Origin: a virus
Lineage: Duplodnaviria; Caudoviricetes
Strand: one strand, 5' to 3'
DNA length: 36,514 nt
IMG/VR virus record: IMGVR_UViG_3300008448_000285
Span: 1-36,514 of that record
The notes beneath the pieces are model-generated. The model searched no databases, was not told where the DNA came from, and saw only the letters and a list, made by a program, of their open reading frames with translations. Position 1 is the first letter of the stretch; each line of letters starts with the position of its first letter. Shown in pieces: positions 18,076 to 26,460 of this stretch. Position numbers and translations under genes: made by a program.

Positions 18076-19026
18076 ATGCCCCTCAAGCTGCGTAATGAAG
18101 TGTATTGGCTAGACGTCCAGATCAATGGCAAACGCATCCGCGAATCGCTCAAGACCGGCGACAAAGCCGCAGCCAAGCAAGCGCATGACATGCGCGTGGG
18201 CGAACTCTGGCGCGTGGGCGTGCTCAAGGAGCGCCCGAAATGCACGTTTGGAGAAGCGTGCGACCGCTGGCTGATTGAGAAGGCAGGCAAGCGCAGCATC
18301 GAAACAGACAAGCTGCGCATTGGGCTGATCAAGCCCAAGCTGGGCGCCAGGCAGTTGAGCGAGATCACGCGGGAGCGTGTCGAGAAGATTCTGCCCAAAG
18401 ACGCCAAGCCCGCCACGCGCAACCGATACCGGGCGCTGATTCGCTCCATCCTCAAGGCCGCTGAGCGCGAGTGGGACTTGATCGACCGCGCCCCGTTCAT
18501 TAAGGCTGAGCGCGAAAACAACAAGCGCGAGACGTTCCTGACGCGAGAACAGGCAGAAGCACTGCTGGTTAACCTGCTGCCCAAGTACCGGCCTGCAGTG
18601 CGGTTTGCGATGCTCACCGGCTTACGCCGCGCCAACGTCCTTGGCCTGCGCTGGGATGCCGTCAACCTTGAGGCGGCGACGGCCAAGGTGGCGCCTGAAG
18701 ACGCCAAGGGCGGCAAGCAGATCGTTGTGCCGCTCAATGAGGCCGCTATGGCGCTGCTGAAGGCGCTGCCGCATCGTCAGGGGTCTGTGTTTGGCATCGC
18801 GCACATCAGCCGCAGCGTGTGGCAGGGCGCGTGCGAGAAGGCTGGAGTGCCGGGGTTTAGGTTCCATGACCTGCGCCACACTTGGGCGTCCTGGCACGCT
18901 CAGGCGGGCACGCCAATTCAGGTGCTGCAGGAACTCGGCGGTTGGGCCTCGCACAGCATGGTGCAGAGGTACGTTGCTTTTGCGCCGCAGCACTTGGCGG
19001 ACGCGGCGCGTGCGGTGACGATTTGA
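18076..19026 (+). CDS. int: Tyrosine integrase
   Basis: TGLRRANV (R), AKGGK (K), FHDLRHT (HxxR), LGGW, MVQRY (Y); AGGAG RBS. Confidence 0.95.
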   Translation: MPLKLRNEVYWLDVQINGKRIRESLKTGDKAAAKQAHDMRVGELWRVGVLKERPKCTFGEACDRWLIEKAGKRSIETDKLRIGLIKPKLGARQLSEITRERVEKILPKDAKPATRNRYRALIRSILKAAEREWDLIDRAPFIKAERENNKRETFLTREQAEALLVNLLPKYRPAVRFAMLTGLRRANVLGLRWDAVNLEAATAKVAPEDAKGGKQIVVPLNEAAMALLKALPHRQGSVFGIAHISRSVWQGACEKAGVPGFRFHDLRHTWASWHAQAGTPIQVLQELGGWASHSMVQRYVAFAPQHLADAARAVTI

Positions 19027-19078
19027 TGTGCCAGAATCGTGCCGCCGGTTAACCGGCAGCTCTCCTCTCGCAAGAGTT

Positions 19079-19106
19079 AAGCCCCTGATTGCAGGGGCTT
19101 TTTTTT
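19079..19106 (+). terminator. Integrase terminator
   Basis: AAGCCCCTG-ATTG-CAGGGGCTT plus T run. Confidence 0.85.
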
Positions 19107-19117
19107 GGGCTAGACCG

Positions 19118-19157
19118 AATTCCAGTCCAGCGCCTTGAGCCTCTCGGCCACCTCTCC
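19118..19157 (-). other. 5' half of tRNA-Ser(GGA), allele A (att core; not a full tRNA)
   Basis: GGAGAGGTGGCCGAGAGGCTCAAGGCGCTGGACTGGAATT: acceptor 5' strand, D arm, anticodon 5' strand, loop CTGGAAT. Confidence 0.8.
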
Positions 19158-19219
19158 AATCAATGACTTGCGTGTGAGCGATGGACACAATGTGCCATTT
19201 TTGTGCCGTTGAAGTCCAC

Positions 19220-20083
19220 TCACTCATCGTCGCGCTTCTTCTTTTTCTCTTCCTCGCGCTTGTTGCGTAAAGCACTCACAGTCGCTGCGGTAGTTGTACC
19301 AGCGGCCAGCGCGGCGAGCAACTTCGGGTCTGCCGCGCCTAGAAGATCGTTCTTATTGGCTTTGGCTGGGTCAAAGGCTGCGAAGCGCGACCTGACAATG
19401 GATGGGTCAATAACTATGACCCTGCCATCAGACAACACTTTGATCGACTGGAACCCAGCATCTTTTGCTTCTAATAACGCACCAGACTCAACCATTGGAT
19501 TACTACTAAACGCATCAACAGTTTTCTGATTGTTGTTACGCACAAGAAGCGGCATCACGTTGCCGCCTTGACCTTCATAGCCTGCATACGCTGGGCTTGA
19601 TGCGAATCTAGGGTCTTCTGATGTAAAAAACGAATTCGCAATGCGTGACTTTTTAGGGTCTATGTTTTTGATGTCTGATTTTGTTCCATGATAGACATCA
19701 TTCACAAATCCAAGGGCCTGTGCCCTATCCATCGCCGTGTTGTTCTCAGGAAGGCCAAGCATCTTGACTGCGTTCTTCCGAGCAGTCTCCAAAGCCTCAT
19801 CACGCGGCGCAGCGCGTAAGGCTTTAGCAAGTAGAGGAGCCGCTGCCATAGCCTTCACAGCGCCCGCAGGAGCCCCAACGCCAGGGACGTTGCTGAACGC
19901 GGCTGCATTGCGGTAAGCGTCCATGCCCAGCGCGTCCGCGTACTCTGGCGCGTCTAGCCCAAAGTAGCCGCGAACGCCGCCCCCGACTAGCTGGCGTGCA
20001 GGGTTGCCCACGTTGCGCATGTAGGAGTCAGAAAGCTCGTTAGCTCTCTTGCGCAATGCTTCAATGATGGCTTCGCTAGGCAT
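19220..20083 (-). CDS. ADP-ribosyltransferase-like (ART-PolyVal-type) domain protein, possibly virion-ejected
   Basis: VYHGT, FFTSEDPRFAS..YA, GNVMPLLV, PSIVRSRFAAFDP within Ala/Gly-rich helical flanks. Confidence 0.6.
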   Translation of the reverse strand: MPSEAIIEALRKRANELSDSYMRNVGNPARQLVGGGVRGYFGLDAPEYADALGMDAYRNAAAFSNVPGVGAPAGAVKAMAAAPLLAKALRAAPRDEALETARKNAVKMLGLPENNTAMDRAQALGFVNDVYHGTKSDIKNIDPKKSRIANSFFTSEDPRFASSPAYAGYEGQGGNVMPLLVRNNNQKTVDAFSSNPMVESGALLEAKDAGFQSIKVLSDGRVIVIDPSIVRSRFAAFDPAKANKNDLLGAADPKLLAALAAGTTTAATVSALRNKREEEKKKKRDDE

Positions 20084-20086
20084 CAG

Positions 20087-20431
20087 TCAACCTTTTCCAA
20101 TGTTAGCAGCCGCTCTGACAATAGCTCTGCGGGTGGCGGAAAATGGATTGCTTCCATACGTCTCGGAAAAATGCTCCCTGTAATAAGCGGTGGCTTTCGG
20201 TACAAACCGACTGCTAGCAGGGATTTCCTGTGTAATTTGAATGCCCAACTTCACCGCCAGTCGCAGGGCATCTCCATCGTCTTTCAGTGGATTCCATTCA
20301 CGGCCAGTTGCCACGCCAGTGAGATCAACGCAGCGGGTAAACATCATGTCGGACTGCCATCCGTGGCCCCAATGCGCTTCAATCCCCGCCGCCTTCGCAG
20401 CGGCCTCAAGCAATTCTCGGTCATTTTCCAC
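20087..20431 (-). CDS. Conserved phage protein (NinX/ABA-sandwich-like)
   Basis: RELLEAAAKAAG...WNPLKDDGDALRLAVKL...ATRRAIVRAAA; GTG start after AAGGAAG. Confidence 0.65.
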   Translation of the reverse strand: MENDRELLEAAAKAAGIEAHWGHGWQSDMMFTRCVDLTGVATGREWNPLKDDGDALRLAVKLGIQITQEIPASSRFVPKATAYYREHFSETYGSNPFSATRRAIVRAAANIGKG

Positions 20432-20441
20432 GGCACTTCCT

Positions 20442-20622
20442 TGTGTCAGAAACGTGCCGGATTGTGCGTGAAACGCACTCGGGTCTAGGGAGAGACCCTT
20501 TGATTTGCTTGGACTTTTTTAGGTCGATGCTTAATTCCAGTCCAGCGCCTTCGACCACTCGGCCACCTCTCCGATCAAACACTTAGCTCACCTCGGCACT
20601 CACCGTGTGCCATTTTTGTGCC
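20442..20622. other. attP-like site 2
   Basis: Arm repeats TGTGTCAGAAACGTGCC (20442-20458) and TGTGCCATTTTTGTGCC (20606-20622); IHF-like GATCAAACACTTA (20573-20585); core 20533-20572; all offset 1415 bp from site 1. Confidence 0.85.
20533..20572 (-). other. 5' half of tRNA-Ser(GGA), allele B (att core)
   Basis: GGAGAGGTGGCCGAGTGGTCGAAGGCGCTGGACTGGAATT; 36/40 identical to allele A. Confidence 0.8.
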
Positions 20623-21066
20623 CTAAATGAGCGAACACTCTGCGGCCCGCCTTCGGACCAGTCCGGGCAGAACCTTACCACCACCCCGCACCCATTTCAT
20701 CAGTTCTGTGCGGGCGCCAGCATCATCGTCCGCGTTGATACGCCTACGCAGGGTGCTGTTCTGCAGGGCGCCTGTGCCGCAGTTGAACGCGAAGTCTAGG
20801 ATGGCCCCGGTGGCCTGCTCGCCCCACTCAGGCAGCCCAGGGCAGAGCTTTAGTACACGCGGCAGGCAGTGCTCTAGCTCCCACTCCAAAAGCGCCATAG
20901 CCCGCTCACGCGTGATAGGCGGGTCTTTCAGCGATACGCGGACGCCGCTTTCGTAGAAGGTGCTGCCAACGCCAATCGTGGGGACCGCTGCGGGGCACAG
21001 GTAAGGCTTGAGGTACATGCCCTCAAACACCAAGCACAGGTCACGCGCAACCTGTATGGCGCTCAT
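20623..21066 (-). CDS. Endolysin, GH24 lysozyme
   Basis: FEG...YLCPAAVPTIGVG (E-x8-C-x5-T), FAFNCG, STL, GGKVLPGLVRRR. Confidence 0.92.
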   Translation of the reverse strand: MSAIQVARDLCLVFEGMYLKPYLCPAAVPTIGVGSTFYESGVRVSLKDPPITRERAMALLEWELEHCLPRVLKLCPGLPEWGEQATGAILDFAFNCGTGALQNSTLRRRINADDDAGARTELMKWVRGGGKVLPGLVRRRAAECSLI

Positions 21067-21530
21067 TTCCCACGCTTGCCCAGCGACCTGTCAGCGAAGA
21101 AGAAGCCCAGCACGGTTCCAGCCAAGGTGACGTCCCACTCATCCATCTTCCAGTTCTGCGAGGCCAGCTTAAGCACCCACAGCGTCAGCGCTATGGTTGC
21201 AGCAGACGGGCGGATGATGCCGTTCCAGATGTCCACGATGGCCCAGCCGGTAGGCTTGAAGGCGTTTTCCATGACCTTGGCAAAGGCGCTGGCCTCGGCT
21301 ACGGCAACGTCTGCTTCGGCCTTGGCCTCAACCATCTGGATGCCAAGCTGGTGCTGCAGCGTCAGCGCAGCCTGCATGCGCTCATGCGCCTTGTCTTCCA
21401 TCTCGCTTTGCAGGCGCATGCGCTCGATCTCATGTGCGTGGTCTTGGCGCTTGTTGTACCAAGCAGACACCTCGCCCCAAATCATGCGGAAGACGCTTCC
21501 GCCAAGGAAGGAAAAAAGCGCCTCAATCAC
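21063..21530 (-). CDS. Holin-like membrane protein
   Basis: N-terminal hydrophobic segment, IIRP-TM and TM-FFFADRS; adjacent to the lysozyme. Confidence 0.6.
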   Translation of the reverse strand: MIEALFSFLGGSVFRMIWGEVSAWYNKRQDHAHEIERMRLQSEMEDKAHERMQAALTLQHQLGIQMVEAKAEADVAVAEASAFAKVMENAFKPTGWAIVDIWNGIIRPSAATIALTLWVLKLASQNWKMDEWDVTLAGTVLGFFFADRSLGKRGK

Positions 21531-21793
21531 TTAATCCACCTCGACCCAAACTGCACCAGCGTAAACAGCACAATGGCCGCGCCCCACACGCCAATGCCAC
21601 GGTTGACCCACTGCTCAACCTTGCGGTCAGTCTTGTTGATCATCGTGTCATGGACTGCAAGCGCTGATTCGCACTTGCCTATGCGCTCGCCCTGCGAGGA
21701 CTGACGCTCTTCAATCAAGATCAGCCGCGTCACCGCGTCTGTCAGCTTGTCCACTTTGCGCTCAAGGCGGGCGAAGTCATCATCAGTCATCAC
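21527..21793 (-). CDS. Coiled-coil plus single-TM protein (XhlA/holin-like)
   Basis: Heptad repeats then GIGVWGAAIVLFTLV. Confidence 0.55.
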   Translation of the reverse strand: MMTDDDFARLERKVDKLTDAVTRLILIEERQSSQGERIGKCESALAVHDTMINKTDRKVEQWVNRGIGVWGAAIVLFTLVQFGSRWIK

Positions 21794-22512
21794 ACATCCG
21801 CTGTGTTAGTTGACGGGAAGGCGCGTCCTACGCCCCAAATAATACGCACGGCGCCACCAGCGCCGCTACCGTAAACACCGGAGGATGTAGGGCCGACCGC
21901 GCCACCACCACCATATGCGCCGCCGCCGTAAGACGTTCCGTTTGCGCCGCCCGACCCACCAACACCATTTGCAGCGCCGTTTGTCCCTTGGCCAAGAATT
22001 CCTACCCCGCCGCCGCCTGTGCGGAATCCACCGCCTCCGCCAGCACCGCCTGATCCTGCGTTTCCGCCTCCAGTATTGCCGTTACCGCCAGAGCCAGCAT
22101 AACCGCCTGCGCCGCCACCACCATTGTTTCCGTTCGGTCCACCCGATCCACCTTGGCCTCCACCATCACCAAAATAAATTCCGGGAGATGAAGATGCAGA
22201 CCCAAAACCAGCGACAGTGCTTGTATTTACAAAATAGCTATTTTGACCTGCGGTTAAACCAACGCCTCCAGCGCCGACTACAACGGTGTATGAATTTCCA
22301 GGCGTAACTGAAATGCTGTTTTTCCAACCAAGACCACCGCCGCCGCCCGATTCTGTTGTTACGCCGTCGTCATATCCTGGCCCGCCGCCGCCAACACAGA
22401 CCACGCAAACAGAGGTAACTCCAGCAGGAGCAGTCCATGAGTAAGTTCCTGGCGTTGTATAGGCTTGTTGTCCAGAAGGAGGCGCGGCGGCGGCAGTGTT
22501 AGAGCTAAACAT
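21790..22512 (-). CDS. Glycine-rich tail-associated protein
   Basis: YTTPGTYSWTAPAGVTSVCVVCVGGGG...VTPGNSYTVVVGAGG...GAVRIIWG. Confidence 0.8.
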   Translation of the reverse strand: MFSSNTAAAAPPSGQQAYTTPGTYSWTAPAGVTSVCVVCVGGGGPGYDDGVTTESGGGGGLGWKNSISVTPGNSYTVVVGAGGVGLTAGQNSYFVNTSTVAGFGSASSSPGIYFGDGGGQGGSGGPNGNNGGGGAGGYAGSGGNGNTGGGNAGSGGAGGGGGFRTGGGGVGILGQGTNGAANGVGGSGGANGTSYGGGAYGGGGAVGPTSSGVYGSGAGGAVRIIWGVGRAFPSTNTADV

Positions 22513-22515
22513 GCG

Positions 22516-23661
22516 TTACACCGTGTAGTTCTGGCCGCCGTTGCTGCCGTACCAGTTAGTGCCGTCAGCGGTAAAAACGAACTTGTCCAATCTGCTTGCT
22601 GTGCTGGTAACCGCTGGAGTTGTTCCTCCAGGCCACTTGACGCTTGCAGGCCATGTAACAGTCCTGCTGCCAGTGCCGTCTTGCTTCAGCAAGATCATAA
22701 AAGACTTTCCGGCAGTTGCAGTCGGGAACGTGAACGTGCAGTTGCCAGTCAGCGTCAGAATCTGAATCGTGCCATCCGACAGGTTGATGGTGTACGCGGT
22801 GCCGGTGTTCGCGGTGTTGACCTTCTCGCGGTAGTCGCCGCCGACGTCGAGCTTGGCTTGCGGGCTGGCTACGCCGATGCCAAGGTTGCCGCTTGCATCA
22901 ATACGCGCCGCTTCGGTGTTGGCAGTCCAAAACACCATTGGCGATGAATCGCGCCCGCGCAGGTTGATGCCGTTTGCAGCGCTGTCCGCGTACAACTCAA
23001 AGGAGTTAGACGCAGTGCTGTTTTCCAAGCGCAATGTGGCAATGCCTGCGCGTTGAATTTCAACGCCAGAGCCACTGCCAAAAGCCGGTGATGTAGTGCC
23101 AACGCCCAAGCCAATGCTGTCAAGCCGCATGGCTTCTGTTCCAGCGTAATTGAACGCCAGAATAGACCCGTCCAACGTCAGTTTGGCGTAACCAGAACCT
23201 GCGTTGTTGGTGCCGATGATGTTGGTGCCAGAGCCTGATGCTTGAGGCTCAATCAGCACACGGTCTTTGCCAGTGTCGGTGGCAATGTACGTCTTTGACG
23301 TTGTAGCACCGCCAATCGTTGTGGCACCGCTGATCGTTGTGGTCCCGCTTATTTCAGTGCCGGTTGTAGTCCACTTCTGAATCAACCCCGTCGCCACCAC
23401 GGCCCGCATGTCCGAGGTGCCAGCGCGGTAGAACCCAGTTGCAGTCTCAGAGCCCCACGCAATGCCAGGCAGCGCACTAGAACCATCGGCAGCCCTGAAT
23501 GCGCCTGTCATCCCGCCAGCGCCCGTGCGGCTGAGCGAGTTTGTGATCTCGTTGCCGATGTCGCTCAGCGTGGTGTTGGCCCACGATGCTTCAATCGTGG
23601 TGCCGGTGACTACCGGGTTGCCAGATGGCAATGAGTACGAACCAGAACCGTTGCGGGGCAT
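22516..23661 (-). CDS. Tail fibre protein
   Basis: MPRNGSGSYSLP anchor; repeated TEA.R.D..G.LG.G..SP fibre units; QDGTGSRTVTWP C-terminal domain. Confidence 0.8.
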   Translation of the reverse strand: MPRNGSGSYSLPSGNPVVTGTTIEASWANTTLSDIGNEITNSLSRTGAGGMTGAFRAADGSSALPGIAWGSETATGFYRAGTSDMRAVVATGLIQKWTTTGTEISGTTTISGATTIGGATTSKTYIATDTGKDRVLIEPQASGSGTNIIGTNNAGSGYAKLTLDGSILAFNYAGTEAMRLDSIGLGVGTTSPAFGSGSGVEIQRAGIATLRLENSTASNSFELYADSAANGINLRGRDSSPMVFWTANTEAARIDASGNLGIGVASPQAKLDVGGDYREKVNTANTGTAYTINLSDGTIQILTLTGNCTFTFPTATAGKSFMILLKQDGTGSRTVTWPASVKWPGGTTPAVTSTASRLDKFVFTADGTNWYGSNGGQNYTV

Positions 23662-23670
23662 GTTTACTCC

Positions 23671-25245
23671 TTACTGTGCGCCGAGAACAGGTGCGGCATA
23701 CCGCGTGCCGCGCCTGAGTGCTTCAATGAACGGATCAGCTCGGCCAGCAAAGTAAGCAGCCTCGCCCATCAAACGCGGTGACGATGTGGCAGCCGCAGCG
23801 ATGCCGCCAGGAATACCAGCCACAGAACCTGTTGCCAACGATGCCAGCGGTGCCGTTGCACGCTGAATGCCACGCGGCATAAAGTCGTTGAGCGCCTGCC
23901 CTGCCAACTGCGGCATCAACTGACGCCCGCCTTGCTGCTCAAGCTCCTGCAGCGATGACAACCTAGCGCCATAGTTGGTGTTGACGTTGTTACGCATCAC
24001 AGACTGCAGCTTGCGCATGGCAGTGTCTGCGCTGGCTCGATTGCCCAGCGACAGACTGCGTGTGATCTCATCCAACAACTCAGACGCCTGCGTGTAGTCC
24101 TTCATCGCCTTTGCATAGTCAGGCGCTTGTGACTCAATCTGCTGCTTGACGCTGTTGTAGACGTTGCCGATGGCCTTGCGAACGGCAGTAGCCTCAATGG
24201 GCTGACGCTCACGGATGGCACTGATACGCTGCTTGAGAGCGTCTAAGCCTTCTGGCGTGTGGAACTCTGCCGGGTCCAGCTTGCTCCAGTTCAGCACCTC
24301 TTCCTCAACGTCCTTGAGCGCGTTCAAAACTTGCGGATTACGCGCTTGACCCTTGAATGTGAATTGGGTGATGGAGTCCTGCACAGACTGACCAATGGGC
24401 TTGAGATCAAGCACGGTCTTGTCGGCAGTCACAGGCGCCATGTTGGCCCTGTATTCTGCTGACCGTGCTTGGCGCATCGTGTCAAGATTGGCGCGAGCGT
24501 CATCGAGCACATCAGTCAAGTCCGCTTGGCCGCGCATGTTTTCGCGAAACGCCTTGGCTTGTGCGCCGCCAGCCTTGCCAGACTCATACGCGGTCTTCAG
24601 AGCCTGATCGCCTGCGCCGGTAGCAGCGCCAACGATGTTGCGCCCAGCACTCACAGCGCCACGCGCTGCACGCATCGCCAGCGGCAGGCCGCCACCAATC
24701 AGTGCGCCAGTGCCAGCCTCTTCAGGGTTGACCAGCGCGGCAGATGCGCCGCCGCTGGCAGCCCCGCCAGCCACACGCGTTGCCATGTTGGGGCCTGCAG
24801 CCATGCCGCCACTGCGCAGAGCCTGCGCCAGCATAGGAGCCCTGCCAGTGACTTCCACAGCCTTGCCAAGCATGCCACCAGCGCCAGCAGTGCCAGCGAT
24901 CTCGCCGGTAATCTTGCCTGCCTGGTAAGACATTGACTCAGGATCAGCGCCAAGTGAGCGCAAGCCTTCATCCATCGCAGCGCGGCGCTCACGGTTGCTT
25001 TGCAACGACAAGCCGCGCCCCTGCAAAGCGTCCTGCAGCATGTCCTGCGGAGCCAGCAGCGTAGCGCCAATGGAGCCTGCGCCACGCAGAGCACCGGCAG
25101 CCAGGTTGCCAGCAACGCCTGCGGCTTGGCGCAGGAATGATGGTTCTGGCTTGGCTTGCGGTTGCTCAGTTTGCACAGGACGTCCAGCCTTGGCCTCAAG
25201 CTCGGCCAAGCGGCGCAGCATCTCAAGTTCTTGGCGCGGGTCCAT
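23671..25245 (-). CDS. Internal virion / DNA ejection protein
   Basis: Ala/Gly-rich helical with hydrophobic stretches; position in podovirus ejection cluster. Confidence 0.65.
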   Translation of the reverse strand: MDPRQELEMLRRLAELEAKAGRPVQTEQPQAKPEPSFLRQAAGVAGNLAAGALRGAGSIGATLLAPQDMLQDALQGRGLSLQSNRERRAAMDEGLRSLGADPESMSYQAGKITGEIAGTAGAGGMLGKAVEVTGRAPMLAQALRSGGMAAGPNMATRVAGGAASGGASAALVNPEEAGTGALIGGGLPLAMRAARGAVSAGRNIVGAATGAGDQALKTAYESGKAGGAQAKAFRENMRGQADLTDVLDDARANLDTMRQARSAEYRANMAPVTADKTVLDLKPIGQSVQDSITQFTFKGQARNPQVLNALKDVEEEVLNWSKLDPAEFHTPEGLDALKQRISAIRERQPIEATAVRKAIGNVYNSVKQQIESQAPDYAKAMKDYTQASELLDEITRSLSLGNRASADTAMRKLQSVMRNNVNTNYGARLSSLQELEQQGGRQLMPQLAGQALNDFMPRGIQRATAPLASLATGSVAGIPGGIAAAATSSPRLMGEAAYFAGRADPFIEALRRGTRYAAPVLGAQ

Positions 25246-25248
25246 GCT

Positions 25249-26451
25249 TTACCTTTCCCCAGGCTTGCGATTCAAAGACTTCCGCAATTGCTCAAGCTCA
25301 GCCTGCTCGGCAGGTGTCAAGCTGCCAGCGCGAGATGGCGCTGGCGCGGGAGATGCCCCGCCCAGCTTCTGCTGATTCAGCTCGCGGTACTTCTCCTGCA
25401 AATCCTTGAGCGTCTTCAATGCATCCTTACGCTCAAGAACTGGCACCGTCCTGTCGCCAACCTTACCGGCCATCTCGCGGTAAACCTGCACATCAAAGTT
25501 TGACTGCGGGCCTTCCATACGCGGCACGTTGGCAACAAGCCAGCCAGAAAGCGTTTCAAGCTGCGATGCAACGCGACTGCTTTGAGTTGAAGCCCCAATC
25601 AGACGCCCAGCCGCATCACGGGCGGCACCGATGCCGCTCTGCGTCGGACCAGCCGACAAGAGAGATTCTGCGGTCCTGATCTGACCCAGCATCTCATCCG
25701 CACGCGAGACGTTTTTGCGCGTCTCAACGGTGGACTCAACGCCAGCCTTTGCCGTCTCGCGTGCTCCTGTCAGAGCGCCTTGCAATGCAGGGTCTGCAGC
25801 CGCGCCAAGAATCGGCCTGCCGTCAGCGCCCATGACAGGCTCCATGCGACCTGTGCGAGAGTTGAAGGCCATGACGCCTTGCGCGGTCTGCAGGGGCTGG
25901 AAGTACGGCTGTGCGCCTTGGCTGGATCGTGCAATAGCCGCCAAATCTCGACGCGTGGCATCAGCCTGCCCCGCCAACTCCCGCCGCAGTTGGTCCGACT
26001 GCGCAGCCCTCTCAGCCGCCGCTGCACGCCGCTCAGCCTCTGCCTGCTGCTGCGCCGCCAACCGTTCAGCCTGCAACTGCTGCGCACCTTCCTGCCGGTC
26101 AGCAATCTCAGCCTCACGCATCAGCCGCGCCAGTTGCGCCTGTGTCCGCGCCTGCGGAGACGATGCAGATGCACGCTTGAGGTACTGGGCTTGGATGGGG
26201 GCGAAGGACTCGCCAGCGAACTGTGCAGCCAGCGCGTTCAGCGTGGACATGCCGCCATCGTCTTCAGACTGCGAGCCTTCCAGCTCAGCAATCTTGCGGC
26301 GCAGTTCAAGTGAGCGCGGCAACGAAGCCTGGTTAGCCTGACCGCCCTGCACATTCTGTGTCAGCACACCGCTAGGCGACTGCACGCCAAGCGACATGGG
26401 CAGCATGCGCCGCCGCCGCTCCATCGTGTCTTCGTAGAAGCTCGTTGCCAT
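25249..26451 (-). CDS. Internal virion / DNA ejection protein
   Basis: Gln/Ala coiled coil; VPRMEGPQSNFDV motif. Confidence 0.65.
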   Translation of the reverse strand: MATSFYEDTMERRRRMLPMSLGVQSPSGVLTQNVQGGQANQASLPRSLELRRKIAELEGSQSEDDGGMSTLNALAAQFAGESFAPIQAQYLKRASASSPQARTQAQLARLMREAEIADRQEGAQQLQAERLAAQQQAEAERRAAAAERAAQSDQLRRELAGQADATRRDLAAIARSSQGAQPYFQPLQTAQGVMAFNSRTGRMEPVMGADGRPILGAAADPALQGALTGARETAKAGVESTVETRKNVSRADEMLGQIRTAESLLSAGPTQSGIGAARDAAGRLIGASTQSSRVASQLETLSGWLVANVPRMEGPQSNFDVQVYREMAGKVGDRTVPVLERKDALKTLKDLQEKYRELNQQKLGGASPAPAPSRAGSLTPAEQAELEQLRKSLNRKPGER

Positions 26452-26460
26452 GATTGCTCC

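Larger units (their letters stand above)
19027..19207. other. attP-like site 1
   Basis: Arm repeats TGTGCCAGAATCGTGCC (19027-19043) and TGTGCCATTTTTGTGCC (19191-19207); IHF consensus AATCAATGACTTG (19158-19170); tRNA-like core 19118-19157. Confidence 0.85.

Noticed and set aside
18040-18076. Excisionase gene next to int
   Set aside because: No room or matching ORF; if one exists it is among the unassigned small early genes and I cannot identify it.
19118-20572. Functional tRNA-Ser genes, or a split tRNA
   Set aside because: Both copies stop at the anticodon loop and I found no 3' half (variable arm, T arm, CCA) in the window.
19118-20572. attL/attR of a separate small integrated element
   Set aside because: Each core has both left and right arm arrays, whereas attL and attR would each have one, and the interval has no recombinase. 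Kept only as the cassette hypothesis.
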